Positions 1 through 16,454 of a stretch of 64,000 nt of DNA are shown piece after piece (position 1 is the stretch's first letter; every line of letters begins with the position of its first letter). The position numbers and the translations under genes are program-made. The notes under the pieces were generated by a model that saw nothing but the letters and a program-made list of their open reading frames with translations, searched no databases and was not told the DNA's origin. Source of the stretch: the human T2T-CHM13v2.0 reference genome, Homo sapiens; the NCBI RefSeq assembly GCF_009914755.1, contig NC_060927.1; one strand, written 5' to 3'.

Positions 1-915
1 AGTGTTTGAGCTCTGCTCATTTCCATATAGAACTTATAAGTAAAATGCGGATCTGAGACCTAGTACTCAAGAAACTTCATGGAGAGCTGGTACTTTTGAT
101 GTGCTGAGTTATGGTACAGTCTAAGAGACAGTTAACATTAAAATAATAGCAATATAGATAGAAATCAGTAAGTACCTGAATCTGATAGAGAGTTGTAGTG
201 CCATCACTTATACTGTATGTTGTCTAAAACTGTTCTGGAGATACACTGAACCTATAATTCACCATCTTTTCTATTGTGGAATATAGTTGTTACATGGTTA
301 CATGAATATCTGATGTTGGAAATGATTGTCTTCATTGTGTAATCTGACAAGCCATGTAATTTTTTTTTGGTCTCTTCATATGTCAATCCCAGATTTGTAA
401 TTATCTAGTTAATTACTCCTTTCTATTTCATTTATTTTCTTATAATCTATTCTTGTTTTTTCATTTGCTTTTATTTTTAATCTTCTAATTTCTGATTTTA
501 CAAGTAAAGATCTAGCAAGTAATTCTTTGTGTGAAGAAAACAAGCGAGGCAACTGGGTTTCTGTTGACAATAGTTAGAACCAAAAAGGCCTCAGAAGAAG
601 CTGTTGTTGGTATCTAGTTTTCATAAGAATCATGTGTCTGTAGTAGTGCTAAGAAAAATTCTGTTTGAACAAAACTAAAGTGAATTTTGCCAGCTCTGAT
701 ATGATTGAAAGATATAGGAACTAATAGGAAGACCCTAATTAAATCCATCCTGACAGTTGGAGTGTGCCACTACCAATGAGTTTCAAAATAATCTTTGCTA
801 ATGATCTTAAATTTGATAAAATAAGTTTATCCTATATTAGCAGAAGTGTATAATTTGTTGTTGTAGGTGTTTACAACATGGACTCCATTTCAAAATTATT
901 TTACATTTTCCATAG

Positions 916-1029
916 CATGAAGAGGAACCACCTCAGAATATGAAACCACAATCAGGAAACGATAAGCCATTATCAAAAACAGCTCTTAAAAATCAAAGGA
1001 AGCATGAAGCTAAGAAAGCTGCAAAGCAG
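916..1029 (+). CDS. EIF2A: EIF2A internal coding exon ([38 protein letters not shown])
   Basis: ttttccatag acceptor and cag|gtattt donor; 114 nt, phase 0; peptide recognised as the eIF2A C-terminal region. Confidence 0.96.
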
Positions 1030-1073
1030 GTATTTGGGGCACTAATCTCATAACAAAACAAATAGTCAGTTAT

Positions 1074-1720
<647 letters not shown>

Positions 1721-2254
1721 AAAACCTTGGCTCTTACGTTATAAAATGTAGTTGGAGTTAGACTTAAATAGGCAGAATATCTTTCTTTTGTCTTTGCCTA
1801 TGAATTTCTAAGTAATCCTGTCTATATGATGGGTGACAAAAGAAACTGGACTTGACATCATAACCTGAGACACTAATGGTATTATGTAAGCATGTTACTT
1901 GCTGTAGACCCTTTTGGTGGCACTTGTGTGAAGTGGTGTAGTTTGCTTTCCTTGAAGCATGTATTTACTAAGAGAAGCTGGAAATTACATGACTAGAAAG
2001 CCATTTGGGCACTCAGTATTATAGTACTATATGAAATTATTTAACTGGGAATCGAAATACCAGAAGTACCCAAATAATGGGATATTTCCAAAATAGTTTC
2101 TTACTTGATTACGTAGTTGAAAAGCCACACCAGTGTAAATAATTGACAAATTGTGATATTGTATAGCTCATGGTGATAATGTGATTGGCTGGGCTGGGGA
2201 TGTCTGGTTAGTGAAGTTATGGTGATCACATTTTTGCAATTCAGGTAGAGTACA

Positions 2255-2587
2255 TGTCTCAATCCATTCAGGCTGCTACCTTATACTAGGTAATTCATAA
2301 ACAAATTTATTGCTCACAGTTCTAGAAGCTGGGGCGCTGGCAGATTTGGTATCTGGTGAGAACCCGTTCATCATAGATGGCACCTTCTTTCTGTGTGTCC
2401 TCCCATGGTGGAAGGGGCAGTGGAGCTCTCTTTGGTCTCTTTTATAAAGCTACTAATCTCATTCTTGAGTGTGGAATCCTCATGACTTAATCATTTTCCA
2501 AATGCCCCACCTTTTAATACTATTACATTGGGTATTAGGTCCCAAACTATGAATTTGAGGGAAACACCAATATGTCAGACTGTAGCA
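2255..2587. mobile_element. MLT1/MST MaLR LTR
   Basis: caggctgcta...attgctcacagttctagaagctgg...cagactgtagca. Confidence 0.65.
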
Positions 2588-3504
2588 GTGGGGTAGGGTT
2601 TTTGGATGTTTTGTTTTTGTTTCTTTTGAGACACTCTGTCTCACTCTGTTATCTAGGCTGGAGTGCAGAGGCATGATCACGGCTCACTGCAACCCCAGAC
2701 CCTGAGCTCAACTAATCCTGCCTCAGCTTCCCAAGTAACTAGGACTGTACATGTACACCACCATTCCCAACTAATTTTTTTATTTTTGTAAAGATAGGTT
2801 ATCGCTATGTTTTTCAAGCAGGAAATGGGAGTAGGTTTTTTTGGTTTGGTTTTGGTTTGGTTTTTTTTTTTGAGACCGAGTTTTGCCATGTTGCCCAGGC
2901 TAGTCGCAAACTCCTGAGCTCAAGCAGTCTTTCCACCTCAGCCTCCCAAAGTGCTTGGATTACAGGCGTGAGCCACTGTGCCCATCCTAGAAAGGGCAGA
3001 TTTTTAACAGCTGGTTGCTATATCAGTATAGTCTTGCTGATAATTCTTGAATTTTGACAGGTCTAGGCTGGTTATGTGTTTTGGGAGGCAGTTACTATTT
3101 TAAGGTATAGAATTGTATTATGCAACCATATTCTGCTAAAATCTGGACTTTTAGAAAAACCATTCTGTTCATTTGTAGTTAATATGTTTCATCCCCAGAA
3201 GTATCTTAATTGGTCAGCTTTAGGTTATTCCAAGTAAAAATGATCTATTCCATGCATTTGATATTAGATTTGTATAAAAGCAAGTCTTGTCCCTTCATCA
3301 GTACAAGTAGGGACCTCTACTGGCCCTGGATATTACAACTCATTAGTAGTATCCTTAACAACTTGATAACTAAGATGCCCTTTGAGTTTTAGGGCCTCTC
3401 TGAAACGCACTCAACTTAGAATTCTATTTTTATAAGCAAAGTTTCTTCCACTTTATCAAAAGATATTTTTAATATGACCATTGGTGATACTGGACTAAGA
3501 TTCC

Positions 3505-3750
3505 TTTATACTTATTATATAAATAATTACTTACATAATTACATATGATTATAATTATTAATAATTATAACCATTAATTAATATACTAAATTATAATTGT
3601 ATTAATTATATAAATAATATACAAATTCTATTAGTTTATACATTTTATAATATAAATTATGTGATAATTTCACATTTAATTAATATAATGAAATTATTAT
3701 TATAAATAATAGTTATTTGTAACTCTGTTATAAATGTGTAACTCTTTATA
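3505..3750. repeat. Very AT-rich low-complexity tract containing a palindrome
   Basis: Almost no G/C; TTATAATTATTAATAATTATAA at 3549-3570. Confidence 0.85.
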
Positions 3751-4648
3751 GCTCATGGTAATAGTGTGATCAGCTGGGCTGATCAGTTATAAATTTACAA
3801 CTCTCAGTTATATGTTTATACCTGTCAGTTTTTTTTAAAAGAGCCAATACAGTCATCAAGCACCTACACACGTTTTTTACTAAAGATGATACCAAAGGTG
3901 ATACCAGTAATCCCTCATTGTGGAATTGCTTTTTGAGTTGTTTTTCCAGTAATAGCAAAGGTTTTCAACTTGCAAGATAAACTATTCAGTATGTATTTTG
4001 GGGACGACTGGCTGAAGTTAGTAAAAGTTGTGGCTGTGTGATGGAACAAAGCTAAATGGCCCTTGACAGAATCTCACCTTATCCAGACCTTCTTAGTCCT
4101 GACTCTGAAGTAAATAGTCAAAGATAGAGCAGTCAGATATATGTAATCTAACTAGTATTTTTGTAAACTGGTGATAATTTTATAAGTTTGTTGACTTTAC
4201 CAAAAAAGAGTTGAAACATAAGAATTTAATCTTACCATATATACGTCCTTTCTAGAGAATGGCTAGAATTTAAGTATAATAATGCAAACATTTCAACTTG
4301 TTCTTGGTTAGTTTGTGGGGAAAAATAAATTTTATATATCACTTAATTTTAATGGTTTTTCACATGATAAGATTGACCTTTCTTCCTAGAGAGCTATATT
4401 CTTAGCTCATTACAAACAACTAAAATTTTATATTTTTAAAATCTGATATCAAAAGTGAATTTTGATAGGCAGAATATCCCCTCTTCTATTATTTACTCTT
4501 CTACTTTAATTTTATATTGTGAAAAATATAAAACTGCCTATTACCAGAACTTACAGGCTCCTTAAGAGGAGAAACTTAATATTTTCTTTCGAATTCTCAA
4601 AGTGCCCAGTAATTTGTTTTCATGTAGAAGGTAAATAATTGTTTATTA

Positions 4649-5022
<374 letters not shown>

Positions 5023-5526
5023 TTAGGCAGACTTTTAGAGTTGAATATCTAGAAGTGATACCCTATTCTATGTTCCCTGAGGATCTGAGGATGCTTTAAA
5101 AGTTCAGAGTATCCTACCCAGAACTCTGAGTAAAAGGTTATGGAGACCTGGAGCATTATATATATATTCCACTGGAAATTCTATAAGAAGTAGAAACCCT
5201 ACGTTGGAGCCAATAAATACTTACATAATTTTTTCCCCTCTTACCAAAATATATCTTGTCATAATTATAAAGGAAGAGTCATTCCTTTATTTTTTATTTA
5301 TTTAGCCTGTGCAACGAAGCAAGTATTATGCTAGAGGCTCAGTTCTAATGGGGAATGGTAGAATATGGTGTTACCGTAGGGAAAAATACTGGGCATTATG
5401 AGAGCCTGGGAAAGGTGCGACTATCCAGTCTTAAGGTGGGGAGATTTTCCAGAAGACTTAAAGGATAAGTAGGGTTCAGCCAGGTGACTTGTGGGGGAAG
5501 GTGTTCTAGGCACAAGGAACAATATA

Positions 5527-6281
5527 TAGTAGTCTCCCTTTATCCTGGAGGGGCAGAGCTATGCCTGAAACCACAGATAGTACCGAACCCTATAGAGACT
5601 GTGATACACAGTAAGAGATTAACAGTAACTCATAAGAAAATAGAGCAATTATAATAATATACTGTAATAAAAGATATGTGAATATGGTCTCTCAAAATAT
5701 CTAATGGTGTTGTATTCACCCTTTTTGCGACAATGTGAGATGGTACAATGCTTGTGTGGTAAGTTGAATGACCACGGCTATAACTTGCAGTTCGAGGCGC
5801 AACTGCAAAACTAGCACTAATCTCTTTTTTCTTCTTCCCAAGTTCATGGATAGGTTTAATCTTACTGTAAATCATAGCAAATCAGCATACAATATTTTTT
5901 ATTCCTTATTAAGAACTTTCACCTTTTCACTTAAAGGGAGCACTTTACGGCTTCTCTTTGGCATATCCGAATTGCCAGCATCACTACTCTGCACTTTGGG
6001 ACCATTATTAAGTAAAATAAGGGTTACTTAAACACAACTACTGTTGATACTGTGACAGTCGATCTGATAACCAACACAGCTACTAGTGAAAAATAGGTGG
6101 GGAGCGAATACACTGTGGATACACTGGATAAAAGAATGATTCTCGTTCTAGGCAGGATGCTGAGAGATTTCATCACACAGCTTAAAACTTATGAATTGTT
6201 TATTTCTGGGATTTTCCATGTAATATTTTTGGGCTGCAGTTGACGCTTGGTTACTGAAACCATGGTTAAGGGAGACTGCTG
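5527..6281 (-). mobile_element. MER44/Tigger7 DNA transposon
   Basis: Degenerate TIRs (tagtagtctccctttatcc and ggttaagggagactgctg) flanked by TA; internal sequence matches the recalled consensus. Confidence 0.8.
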
Positions 6282-6881
6282 TACACAAAGGCCAGGGGCA
6301 AGAGTATACAGCACCTTAGCGGAAATAAAAGTGATTCAGAATCAGTGAGGAGGGACAAGAAAAGTTATCAGAGGTCTGATCATATTGGAAGCATTATGGC
6401 ATCCCTTTAAGGGGAAAAAAGTTTTGTGGTACTTTGTTGCAGAGCTGAATTGATCTGATTATAAATTAATATCTGTAGGATTCTTATTCTTGTAGCATAA
6501 TCCATTACAGGTACTTGATCATACATATTCTTTATAGTTTTGGAGAGAGCCTTGTAAGAGTGAAACTTTAAACACCTTAAATAGAAAAGCCCTCTCATAT
6601 GTTCAAACCATCTATCTACTGGCACATCTCAGAATATGCAAAAGTTTGGAATGCTTGTTGGCTGGTACAGAAACTTCCTGGTTTACTCTGATAAGGTCAT
6701 TTTATTTCTAACATGGGAGTATGTAGCATACTTCATGAGACCTTTAATTCAGATTCTTTATATAAAATGTAGATAAAATCACATATTTAGTTTCTGTATT
6801 TCATATGCCAAAGCTATGTTGATTTAAATACTGTAATGTTTTTGGCTTTTAAAATTGAATTTAAAAAAATATTTCCTGCAG

Positions 6882-7010
6882 GAAGCAAGAAGTGACAAGA
6901 GTCCAGATTTGGCACCTACTCCTGCCCCACAGAGCACACCACGAAACACTGTCTCTCAGTCAATTTCTGGGGACCCTGAGATAGACAAAAAAATCAAGAA
7001 CCTAAAGAAG
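6882..7010 (+). CDS. EIF2A: EIF2A internal coding exon (EARSDKSPDLAPTPAPQSTPRNTVSQSISGDPEIDKKIKNLKK)
   Basis: tttcctgcag acceptor and aag|gtgaga donor; 129 nt, in frame with neighbouring exons; lies inside track ORF 6855..7055. Confidence 0.97.
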
Positions 7011-7256
7011 GTGAGAGACTTAAAAACAGATGTGCATATTGAAAGGTATACATGAAAATTATATAAGTAAGAGAGTACTTAGATGCCTAAAGACAGGTAT
7101 CTAAGAAGTTGGTATCAGCAGTTCTCATTGTTGTTTTCTCACTATGAAGCACTGTTCACTTAGGAATGGTATTGATTTTAGTTCTATTCATAAATGTCTG
7201 AAGACTCTTAGTACTTTGATTTTTGGAGTAATAAAATTCAGTGTGCATCAGCATAG

Positions 7257-7878
<622 letters not shown>

Positions 7879-8464
7879 ACTCAATACTTTTATACTCAGT
7901 ATTTCATTAGATACCTTGTGATAATTAGGGGCAGATATTTATCCTAGTTTTGAAGATGAAGAGACAGAGACAAAAAAGAAGTGTATTGATTTGTGATATT
8001 GCAGCCAGTGTGCTGGGGTGGCCCTGGGGATAAAAAAAGGTCTCTAGAGCCCTTCACAGCTGCATTATGAGGTTTCTCTTTCATTCACTTTTTATCGGGC
8101 AGGACTTTGGACCAACAATCTTTCAGAATGCTCTCATTGAGATTTCTCTCAAAGCCAGAAACATCACCCAGGTCCAATGGGGCATTGAAATGTGCCATTA
8201 CTGATACATTTATATATACACATGCATACACGATAACATTAATTAAAAGCCTGAGAATAATATTTTGCCAAATCTCATGTTTTTAACATTTACAATTTTG
8301 CATTTAACTTTAAAAAACAATTTATCCTAGCATTTTAACAGACCATTGTTGATACAAATCTAAGATAATTAATCTCCTTACTTGAGTTTCACATTCTTAA
8401 TAAGGAAATTTGCATTTGAAGTGACTTTTCTTCCATGCTCTTGACTCATATTTGATGTTTGCAG

Positions 8465-8530
8465 AAACTGAAAGCAATCGAACAACTGAAAGAACAAGCA
8501 GCAACTGGAAAACAGCTAGAAAAAAATCAG
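8465..8530 (+). CDS. EIF2A: EIF2A penultimate coding exon (KLKAIEQLKEQAATGKQLEKNQ)
   Basis: gtttgcag acceptor and cag|gtactt donor; 66 nt, phase 0. Confidence 0.96.
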
Positions 8531-9110
8531 GTACTTTCTGCATTTTTCATTTAGGCTTGTGGTGACCACCAGCCTTCCCCCTTTTATTATAAACAAGTAT
8601 TTAGTCAGGTAAAAGAGCACATGGAGTTTAAAAACTTATTTTGAAAACCATATGCCATATTCTTTTTAATGTTTTTACTTTTAAATAGCTTTACTCTTAA
8701 ATAGAAGAGATATGGTATTGATCATGTGAATGAAAAAGTCAATATTCCTAAGAGGCATACTATGTTATTACTGCTGAAAATAATAGCAATTTGTTATATT
8801 AGACAAATATAAGATTCTCTCAAGTTGTACTGCCCTGTTTGCCTTTTCCCTCCTCCTGTCAACATGTTTAAGCCCGAATATAGAATTGAAAATTTTTGGG
8901 GCCCAAAGGGATGCAGTAAGACAGTGTCTGTTCTTTTCACCCTCGATTCATACCAGATAACAAATTAGAATTTGTTTCTAACCTGTATTTTAAAATCTGT
9001 GTTTACTAGTGAACATAATAAATTGTCAGAAATACCATTTTTTCTGTATTATTTTGGTTACATATCCAGTAATTATTTCATAATAACTTCATTGTTTCAA
9101 ACTTTTCTAG

Positions 9111-9176
9111 TTGGAGAAAATTCAGAAAGAAACAGCCCTTCTCCAGGAGCTGGAAGATTTGGAATTGGGTATTTAA
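9111..9176 (+). CDS. EIF2A: EIF2A last coding exon (LEKIQKETALLQELEDLELGI*)
   Basis: acttttctag acceptor; TAA at 9174-9176; matches the known eIF2A C-terminus. Confidence 0.96.
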   Translation: MEKIQKETALLQELEDLELGI

Positions 9177-9485
9177 AGATTCACGGAAAGCAAGTTGATG
9201 ACCAGAAATCAGTGCAAACACATCTTCTGTTAAACCCATTGGTATACACAGAATATTCCTGTGCCCACACTTAATGTCAATCTATAATTTTAACCATTTA
9301 TCCAAGATTCTACTAAGTGTAAAATTATTTAATAATGTCTATTAAATTGATATTTATATCTTGCATCCTATATCATGTCAATATGTGATATAGAAAAGAG
9401 ATACGTGAATTTTTTAGCTAAGCTTGACAGATTGAAAGACAAGTGTCATTTTTTTTTGTAGAGGGTGATATATACCATGTAAATG

Positions 9486-9491
9486 AATAAA
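9486..9491 (+). terminator. EIF2A: EIF2A proximal poly(A) signal AATAAA (a variant ATTAAA lies at 9341-9346)
   Basis: Hexamer about 310 nt after the stop codon, followed by T-rich sequence. Confidence 0.65.
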
Positions 9492-10329
9492 GACATTTTA
9501 AATTTAATCACTGTTTTTATTATAAGTTCCTTAGTTCAGATATCCTTTATTAATTTATAAGATGTGTAAAACTACTTAATTCTCACAAGACTCTATGAAG
9601 TAATTCTTTTAATCTCTATTTTATAAATGAAAAAACTGAGGCCATAAATTTAAGAAATTTGTCAGTGTCTCAAAGCTAGGAAATGGCCATCTAATCCCAG
9701 AGCCTATGCTTTAGGTCACTATGATATATACTACTCCTGTATCCTCAAGTAATGTATCATTTAGTAACACTAAGCACCCTGCTTAGTTTTCATGGATACT
9801 GCCAAATTGCCCTATCTCAAGCTTTATACTTGCACCATTTAAAGTTTTCCACACTGTTGGCAATATCAGAAGTGATAAGGCTTTGAAATGTTCGCCACTT
9901 TGATAAAGAGGAAATGATTGTTTGTTACTGTTATATACATGTATTTTTATCAGAGATGGGTTATGTACTTTTCCACGTTTGATAGTTGGTTGTATTTCTT
10001 TAGTGAATTGATTTTTCTTTTCCTTTGCCCATTTTTCTGTTTGGATGTTTGACTTTCTTCTTAATTTGTAAGAGTATCCTATGTAGTAACAAAATCCTTT
10101 TTTAAAAATTTTTAAAGAAAAAGTATACACACAGGACTTTTTTTTTTCTAATTCAAAAAATACAAAGGCATGCAATGAAAATTAAGTCTGTTCCACTACC
10201 ACATTTTCCAGTTTTTTGTGTATCTTTCTAATGATAGATACCATATGAGTATTCAAATATACATACACATACACTTAAAAAAAAAAGATGGCATATACTC
10301 ACTGTTCTGTTTGGGGCTTTTTGGTGGTG

Positions 10330-10897
<568 letters not shown>

Positions 10898-10954
10898 CTA
10901 TGTATTAGGTAATACATAATGCCTAATACATAACTAATATATGGACAGGAAGTT

Positions 10955-11320
10955 AATAGACTGACTGTGCCACCTTAAAACTCGTATGTTGAAGCCCTAA
11001 CCTCCAACGTGGTGGTATTGGGAGATGGGCCTTTTGGAAGGTAAGTGTGTTTGAATGAGGTGAAGAGGTTGGGGACTTCGTGATGGGATTATTGTCCTTA
11101 CAAGAAAAGACACCAGAGAGCTTGTTCTGTCTCTTTGGGCTATGTGAAGACATGGTGAGAAAGCAGCCAGCTGTAAGCCAGAGAGTCCTCACCAGAACCT
11201 AACCATGCTGGTGATATCCTCATCTCAGACTTCTAACCTCCAGAACTGTGAGAAAATAAACTTCTTTGTTTAAACCACCTAGTCTGGTATTTTGTTACGG
11301 CAGCCTGAGCAGACCAATAT
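10955..11320 (+). mobile_element. MLT1-type MaLR LTR
   Basis: tatgttgaagccctaacc...cagaactgtgagaaaataaa...ttgttacggcagcc; AATAAA at 11255-11260. Confidence 0.75.
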
Positions 11321-11354
11321 AGATTGTATAAATTTCAGTTTGTTTAAAAGGACA

Positions 11355-11715
<361 letters not shown>

Positions 11716-13821
11716 CTAAATAGAAAAATGGTTTGCTTTTTTTTTTTAAGGTTTAACGTGTTTATCATGGTTGGCAGCTAAGTAGAGGAAGAGCCAAGTC
11801 CAGAATCTAACATTTGGACTTCCCCTCATTTAAACAGTGGCGTTTTGCCACGTTGCCCAGACTGGTCTCAAACTCCTCAGCTCAAACAATCTGCCCACCT
11901 CGTCCTCCCAAGATGCTGGGATTACAGTCATGAGCCACTGCAGCCAGCCTACATTTTTAAATGGTTGGAAAATCAAAAGATTATTTGATGACATGTGAAA
12001 ATGGTATAAAACTGTGAAATCTATTGTCCATAAGTAAAGTTTTCTTTGAACACATCCATGCTCACTCGTTAACTTATTTTCCATGGCTGCTTTCATGCTG
12101 CAACTGCAGAGTTGAGTATTTCCAACAGGTCATGTTTTTGCAATGCCTAAAACATATACTCTCTGGCATTTTACAGAAAAATATTGCTAATTCCTTTGTA
12201 TTCTGTAGAAGAATACAAAATAACATGGAAATAACCACATAATTATGTTGCTTCTTGTATTCTCCACTATATAAACTCCTAGAAGTGGAATTCTTGAGTC
12301 ATGTCACATTAGAAAATTTAGGCCAGGCACTAATTTAGGCTCATGCCTGTAATCCCAGCACTTTATAAGACTGAGGCTGGAGGATCACTTGAGCCCAGAA
12401 GATTGAGGCTGCAGAGAGCCATGATCATGCCACTACACTCCAGCCTGGGTGACAGAGAAAGACCCTGCCTCCAAAACAACAACAAAATGTAAATACTTTT
12501 TGTTGTTACTATTATCATCATCATCTTTATTTTACTTGCTGATTTTCTCCTTCACTATGTTTGGGGTTTTTTTACTCAATTTATTTTCACATTTGGTACT
12601 GTTATTACTCTGAGACTGTTGTTTTTATTTAGTGGAAGCATAATCAAGTTAAGTGAATCAGATGTGACTCCGCAATTGGCATTTTAACATCTAAATTTGG
12701 GACAGAGTCTTGCTCTGTTACCCAGGCTGGAGTGCAGTGGCTCGATCTCAGCTCACTGCAACCTCTGCCTCCTGGGCTCAAGCAATTCTCGCGCCTCAGC
12801 CTCCGAGTAGCTGAGATTACGGGCATGCACCACCACGCCTGGCTAATTTTTGTATTTTTAGTAGTAGAGACGGGATTTCACCATGTTGGCCAGGCTGGTC
12901 TCCAACTTCTGGCCTCAAGTGATCCGCCTGCCTCGGCCTCCCAAGCTTTGGGATTACAGGCATGAGCCACTGCTCCTGGCCTTAAACTTTGTTTAAAAAA
13001 AGAAATAAAGCAATGGGCCAGATTGGTTTTGACACAGATTGAACAATTTAAACATTTATTGCTCAAAAGATTAATGAAGATCATGGGCCACTAATCTGCT
13101 TCAGAAAAACTGTTAAACCAGTTTTTAAAAAACTAAATTGAACATTTTCTGAATTTATACCCCTTGCCAAGTAAAAAATAATACACATACATTCCAAAAT
13201 AAATTTAATATCAGAAATTCTGTGATGTTTATGTTGCAATCCAAAAAGGTGAAAAGGTAAGATGTTGAGTTTTCCAAAAGTAAATTATAAGGTGAGCATT
13301 TTATCCTTGGCTTTTCAGCTCTCTATGGAAAGATACAATCCATTAATAGTCATAGACCTGCTGACTGTCTGTAACCCCTGCATCAGATCAGTGGTAAGTC
13401 ATAGGCCCAGCCATAACATTACACCTCTTCAGGGACAGCTTAGCCCTGTAGAGTCGATGAGGTTAAGTGGCAGGCGTGGACACGGCGGCAGTTGTGAAGA
13501 GCTGCTTACACCAAAGCCTTGCCCGGAATGCAGGGCTGATTGCCTGCTCACAGTTGGTCTTGTGACTGACAAGTGTCCTGTTAGTGTCGTTGTAGGATGA
13601 CAGGGGCCTCACAATTTCCAAAAAAAATTATTCTGTAGGGGAGGAGCATTTTTCTACTCTTCAGGACTTTGAGGAGGTCTACATCATCTGAGGCTCAGTA
13701 CTGTCTTTGGAAAGCAGTTTGCAGGACTGCAACCAGAGGAAATGCTTCAACCATTTGTTCTCTGCACCTGGGGGAAGAAGTCTTTGCCCTGAAGTGTGAT
13801 AGCCAGTGATCTAATCAGCTA

Positions 13822-15235
13822 CAGTTATGTGCCACATAAAGACGTTTTTGTCACTGACAAACTGCAAATATGATAGTGGTCCCATAAGCTTATAATGGAG
13901 CCGAAAAATTCCTATCTCCCAGTGGCATGATAGCCTTGTAATGCCCTAGCACAACACATTACTCACTTGTTTGTAGTGATGCTGTTTGTAAACAAACCTG
14001 TGCTGCCAGTCCTATAAAAGTCTAGCACATACAATTATGTACAGTACATAATACTGGATAATTATAAATGACTGTTCCTGGTTTATGTATTTACTATACT
14101 ATACTTGTTATTTTAGAGTGTACCCCTACTTTAGAAAGTTAACTGTAAAACAGCCTCAGGCATGCCCTTCAGGAGGAGTTCCAGAAGGCACTGTTACTGT
14201 AGGATATGACAGCTCCATGTGTGTTATTGCCCCTGAACACCTTCCAGTGAGACAAGATGTGGAAGTGAAGACAGTGATACTGATGATCCTGATCAATAGC
14301 CCCTACATGGCTGGGGCTAATGTATGGGTTTGTGTCTTTAAAAGTTAAAAAAAAAAAATTAGAGGAAAGCTTTTAGAGCAAGGATATAAAGAAAAAATAT
14401 TTTCGTACAGCTGTATAATGTGTGTGAATGTGTTTTTTGGTTTTTGTTTTGAAACAGGGTCTCATTCTGTCACCCAGACTGGAGGGCAGTGGCACAATCT
14501 TGGCTCACTGCAACCTCTGCCTCCCAAGCTCAAGGGATCCTCCCAACTCAGGCTCCCAAGTACCTGGGACTACAGGCATGCACCACCGCACTCAGCTAAT
14601 TTTTTTACTTTTTGTAGAGACGAGGTCTCACTATGTTGCTCAGGCTGGTCTTGAACTCCTGGGCTCAAGGGATCATCCCACCTCAGCCCCCCAAAATGTT
14701 GGGATTATAGGCTTGTTCTGGCCAACGTGTGTTTTAAGCTAAGTGATATTGTGAGTCAAAAAGTTATATAAAATTAAAAGTTTATAAATTTAAAAAGTTA
14801 CAGTAAGCTAAGGTTAATTGATTATTAAAACAAGAAAAATATTTTTAGCATAGCCTAAGTGTACAGTGTTTATAAAGTCCATAGTAGTGTACACTAATGC
14901 CCCTGGCCTTCATGTTCACTGACCACTCACTCACTGACTTGCCCAGAGCAACTTCCAGTCCCACAAACTCCATTCAAGTTAAGTACCCTATATGGGTGTA
15001 CCATTTTTTATCTTTTATGCCATATTTTTACTGTACCTTTTCTACGTTTACATATGTTTAGATAGACAAATATTTACCACTGCTTACAGTATCAATACAG
15101 TAACATATTGTATTGCTTAGGAGCAATAGGCTATACCATCTAAGTTTATGTAAGTACACTGTATGTTCACACAGTGAGGAAATCGCCTAGTGACACATTT
15201 CTCAGAACCTATCCCTGTTAAGTGACACACGGCTG
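13822..15235 (+). mobile_element. Tigger3 (MER7-type) DNA transposon interrupted by an AluJ at about 14433-14724
   Basis: cagttatgtgccacataa... start and ...ttaagtgacacacggctg end; gtggtcccataagcttataatggagc motif. Confidence 0.8.
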
Positions 15236-15911
15236 TTCTTGAGCTGCTGCTTCATAGGCCACTCCCTCCCTCTGTAATGCTCTGTTTTGTTCTTGGAATC
15301 TCTCGAGTACTTCACATCTCCAAACTTCATTTCACCGCTGGTATATTGTGGAAATTATAGGTAAACCAATTAGTATGAATCCATCTACTTTCTGTTTTCT
15401 AGAGTTTTTAATACAGTTTCTGAACCACTGGTCCTTCTTTCCTGGAGGTATTGCAGTTTCTGGACCACTGGTCCTTCTTTCTTTTCAGTGTTGCCACAAA
15501 ATTATTGCTTGTACCACTTTCCTGTCATGTCACTCAGATCCTAAGAAGGGGGAGGCAGATGCATGTGCTTAGTCTGTTGTCTTAAATTGGAAGTCAGACA
15601 AGCACACTTCTAAAGGTTTTTTGTATTTGATAATATATGTATACATTTTGAGACTGGGTCTTGCCTTGTTGCCTAGGCTGGAGTGCAGTGACATGATCAC
15701 GGCTCACTGCTCAAGTGATCCCCCACCTCAGCCTCCCCAGTAGCTGGGACTACAGGCATGCACCACCATGCCCAGCTAATTTTTGTATTTTTTGTAGAGA
15801 CAGGATTTCGCCATGTTGCCCAAGCTGGTGTCAAACTCCTGGGCTCAAGCAATCCACCGATCTCAGCCTCCTGAAGTGCTAGGAGTACAGGCATGAGTCA
15901 CTACATCCAGC

Positions 15912-15980
15912 ATATATATATACACACGTATATGTGTGTATATATATGTATATGTATATATATGTGTATATATATGTGTA

Positions 15981-16025
<45 letters not shown>
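15912..16025. repeat. Compound (TA)n/(TG)n microsatellite
   Basis: Seen directly. Confidence 0.95.
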
Positions 16026-16034
<9 letters not shown>

Positions 16035-16454
16035 GAATGTAAAAATTAAAAGCATTTTACTTGGTTCACCTAAACCAATTCCTCATACGGACACTAGAGG
16101 GTTCTAAGGATCTGGAGTATGGGGAAATTAATGAGGAATTCAAAATTTTAGAACATAACTGGAAAATATGTTCACTCACTTAAAACTTGCCATTTTAGTA
16201 GCCTGGATTACTGCTATTTATTTATTTATTTGGAGACAGGGTCTTACTCTGCTGTCTAGTCTGTCTTTTCTCATTGTCAAACTTAACCCTCTTTAGACTT
16301 TTGCCATCAGACTTATTCCCACCCTCCTGCTAAACTTGTTCTGTAATAGTGGTCTCTTATTGGTGCAAATGAATCATATTCCAACAGTTTGTTTAGAAGT
16401 CAACCATTTGCAGAGAGGACTATGTTTTCCCATTGAAAGAATATTATAAATTGT

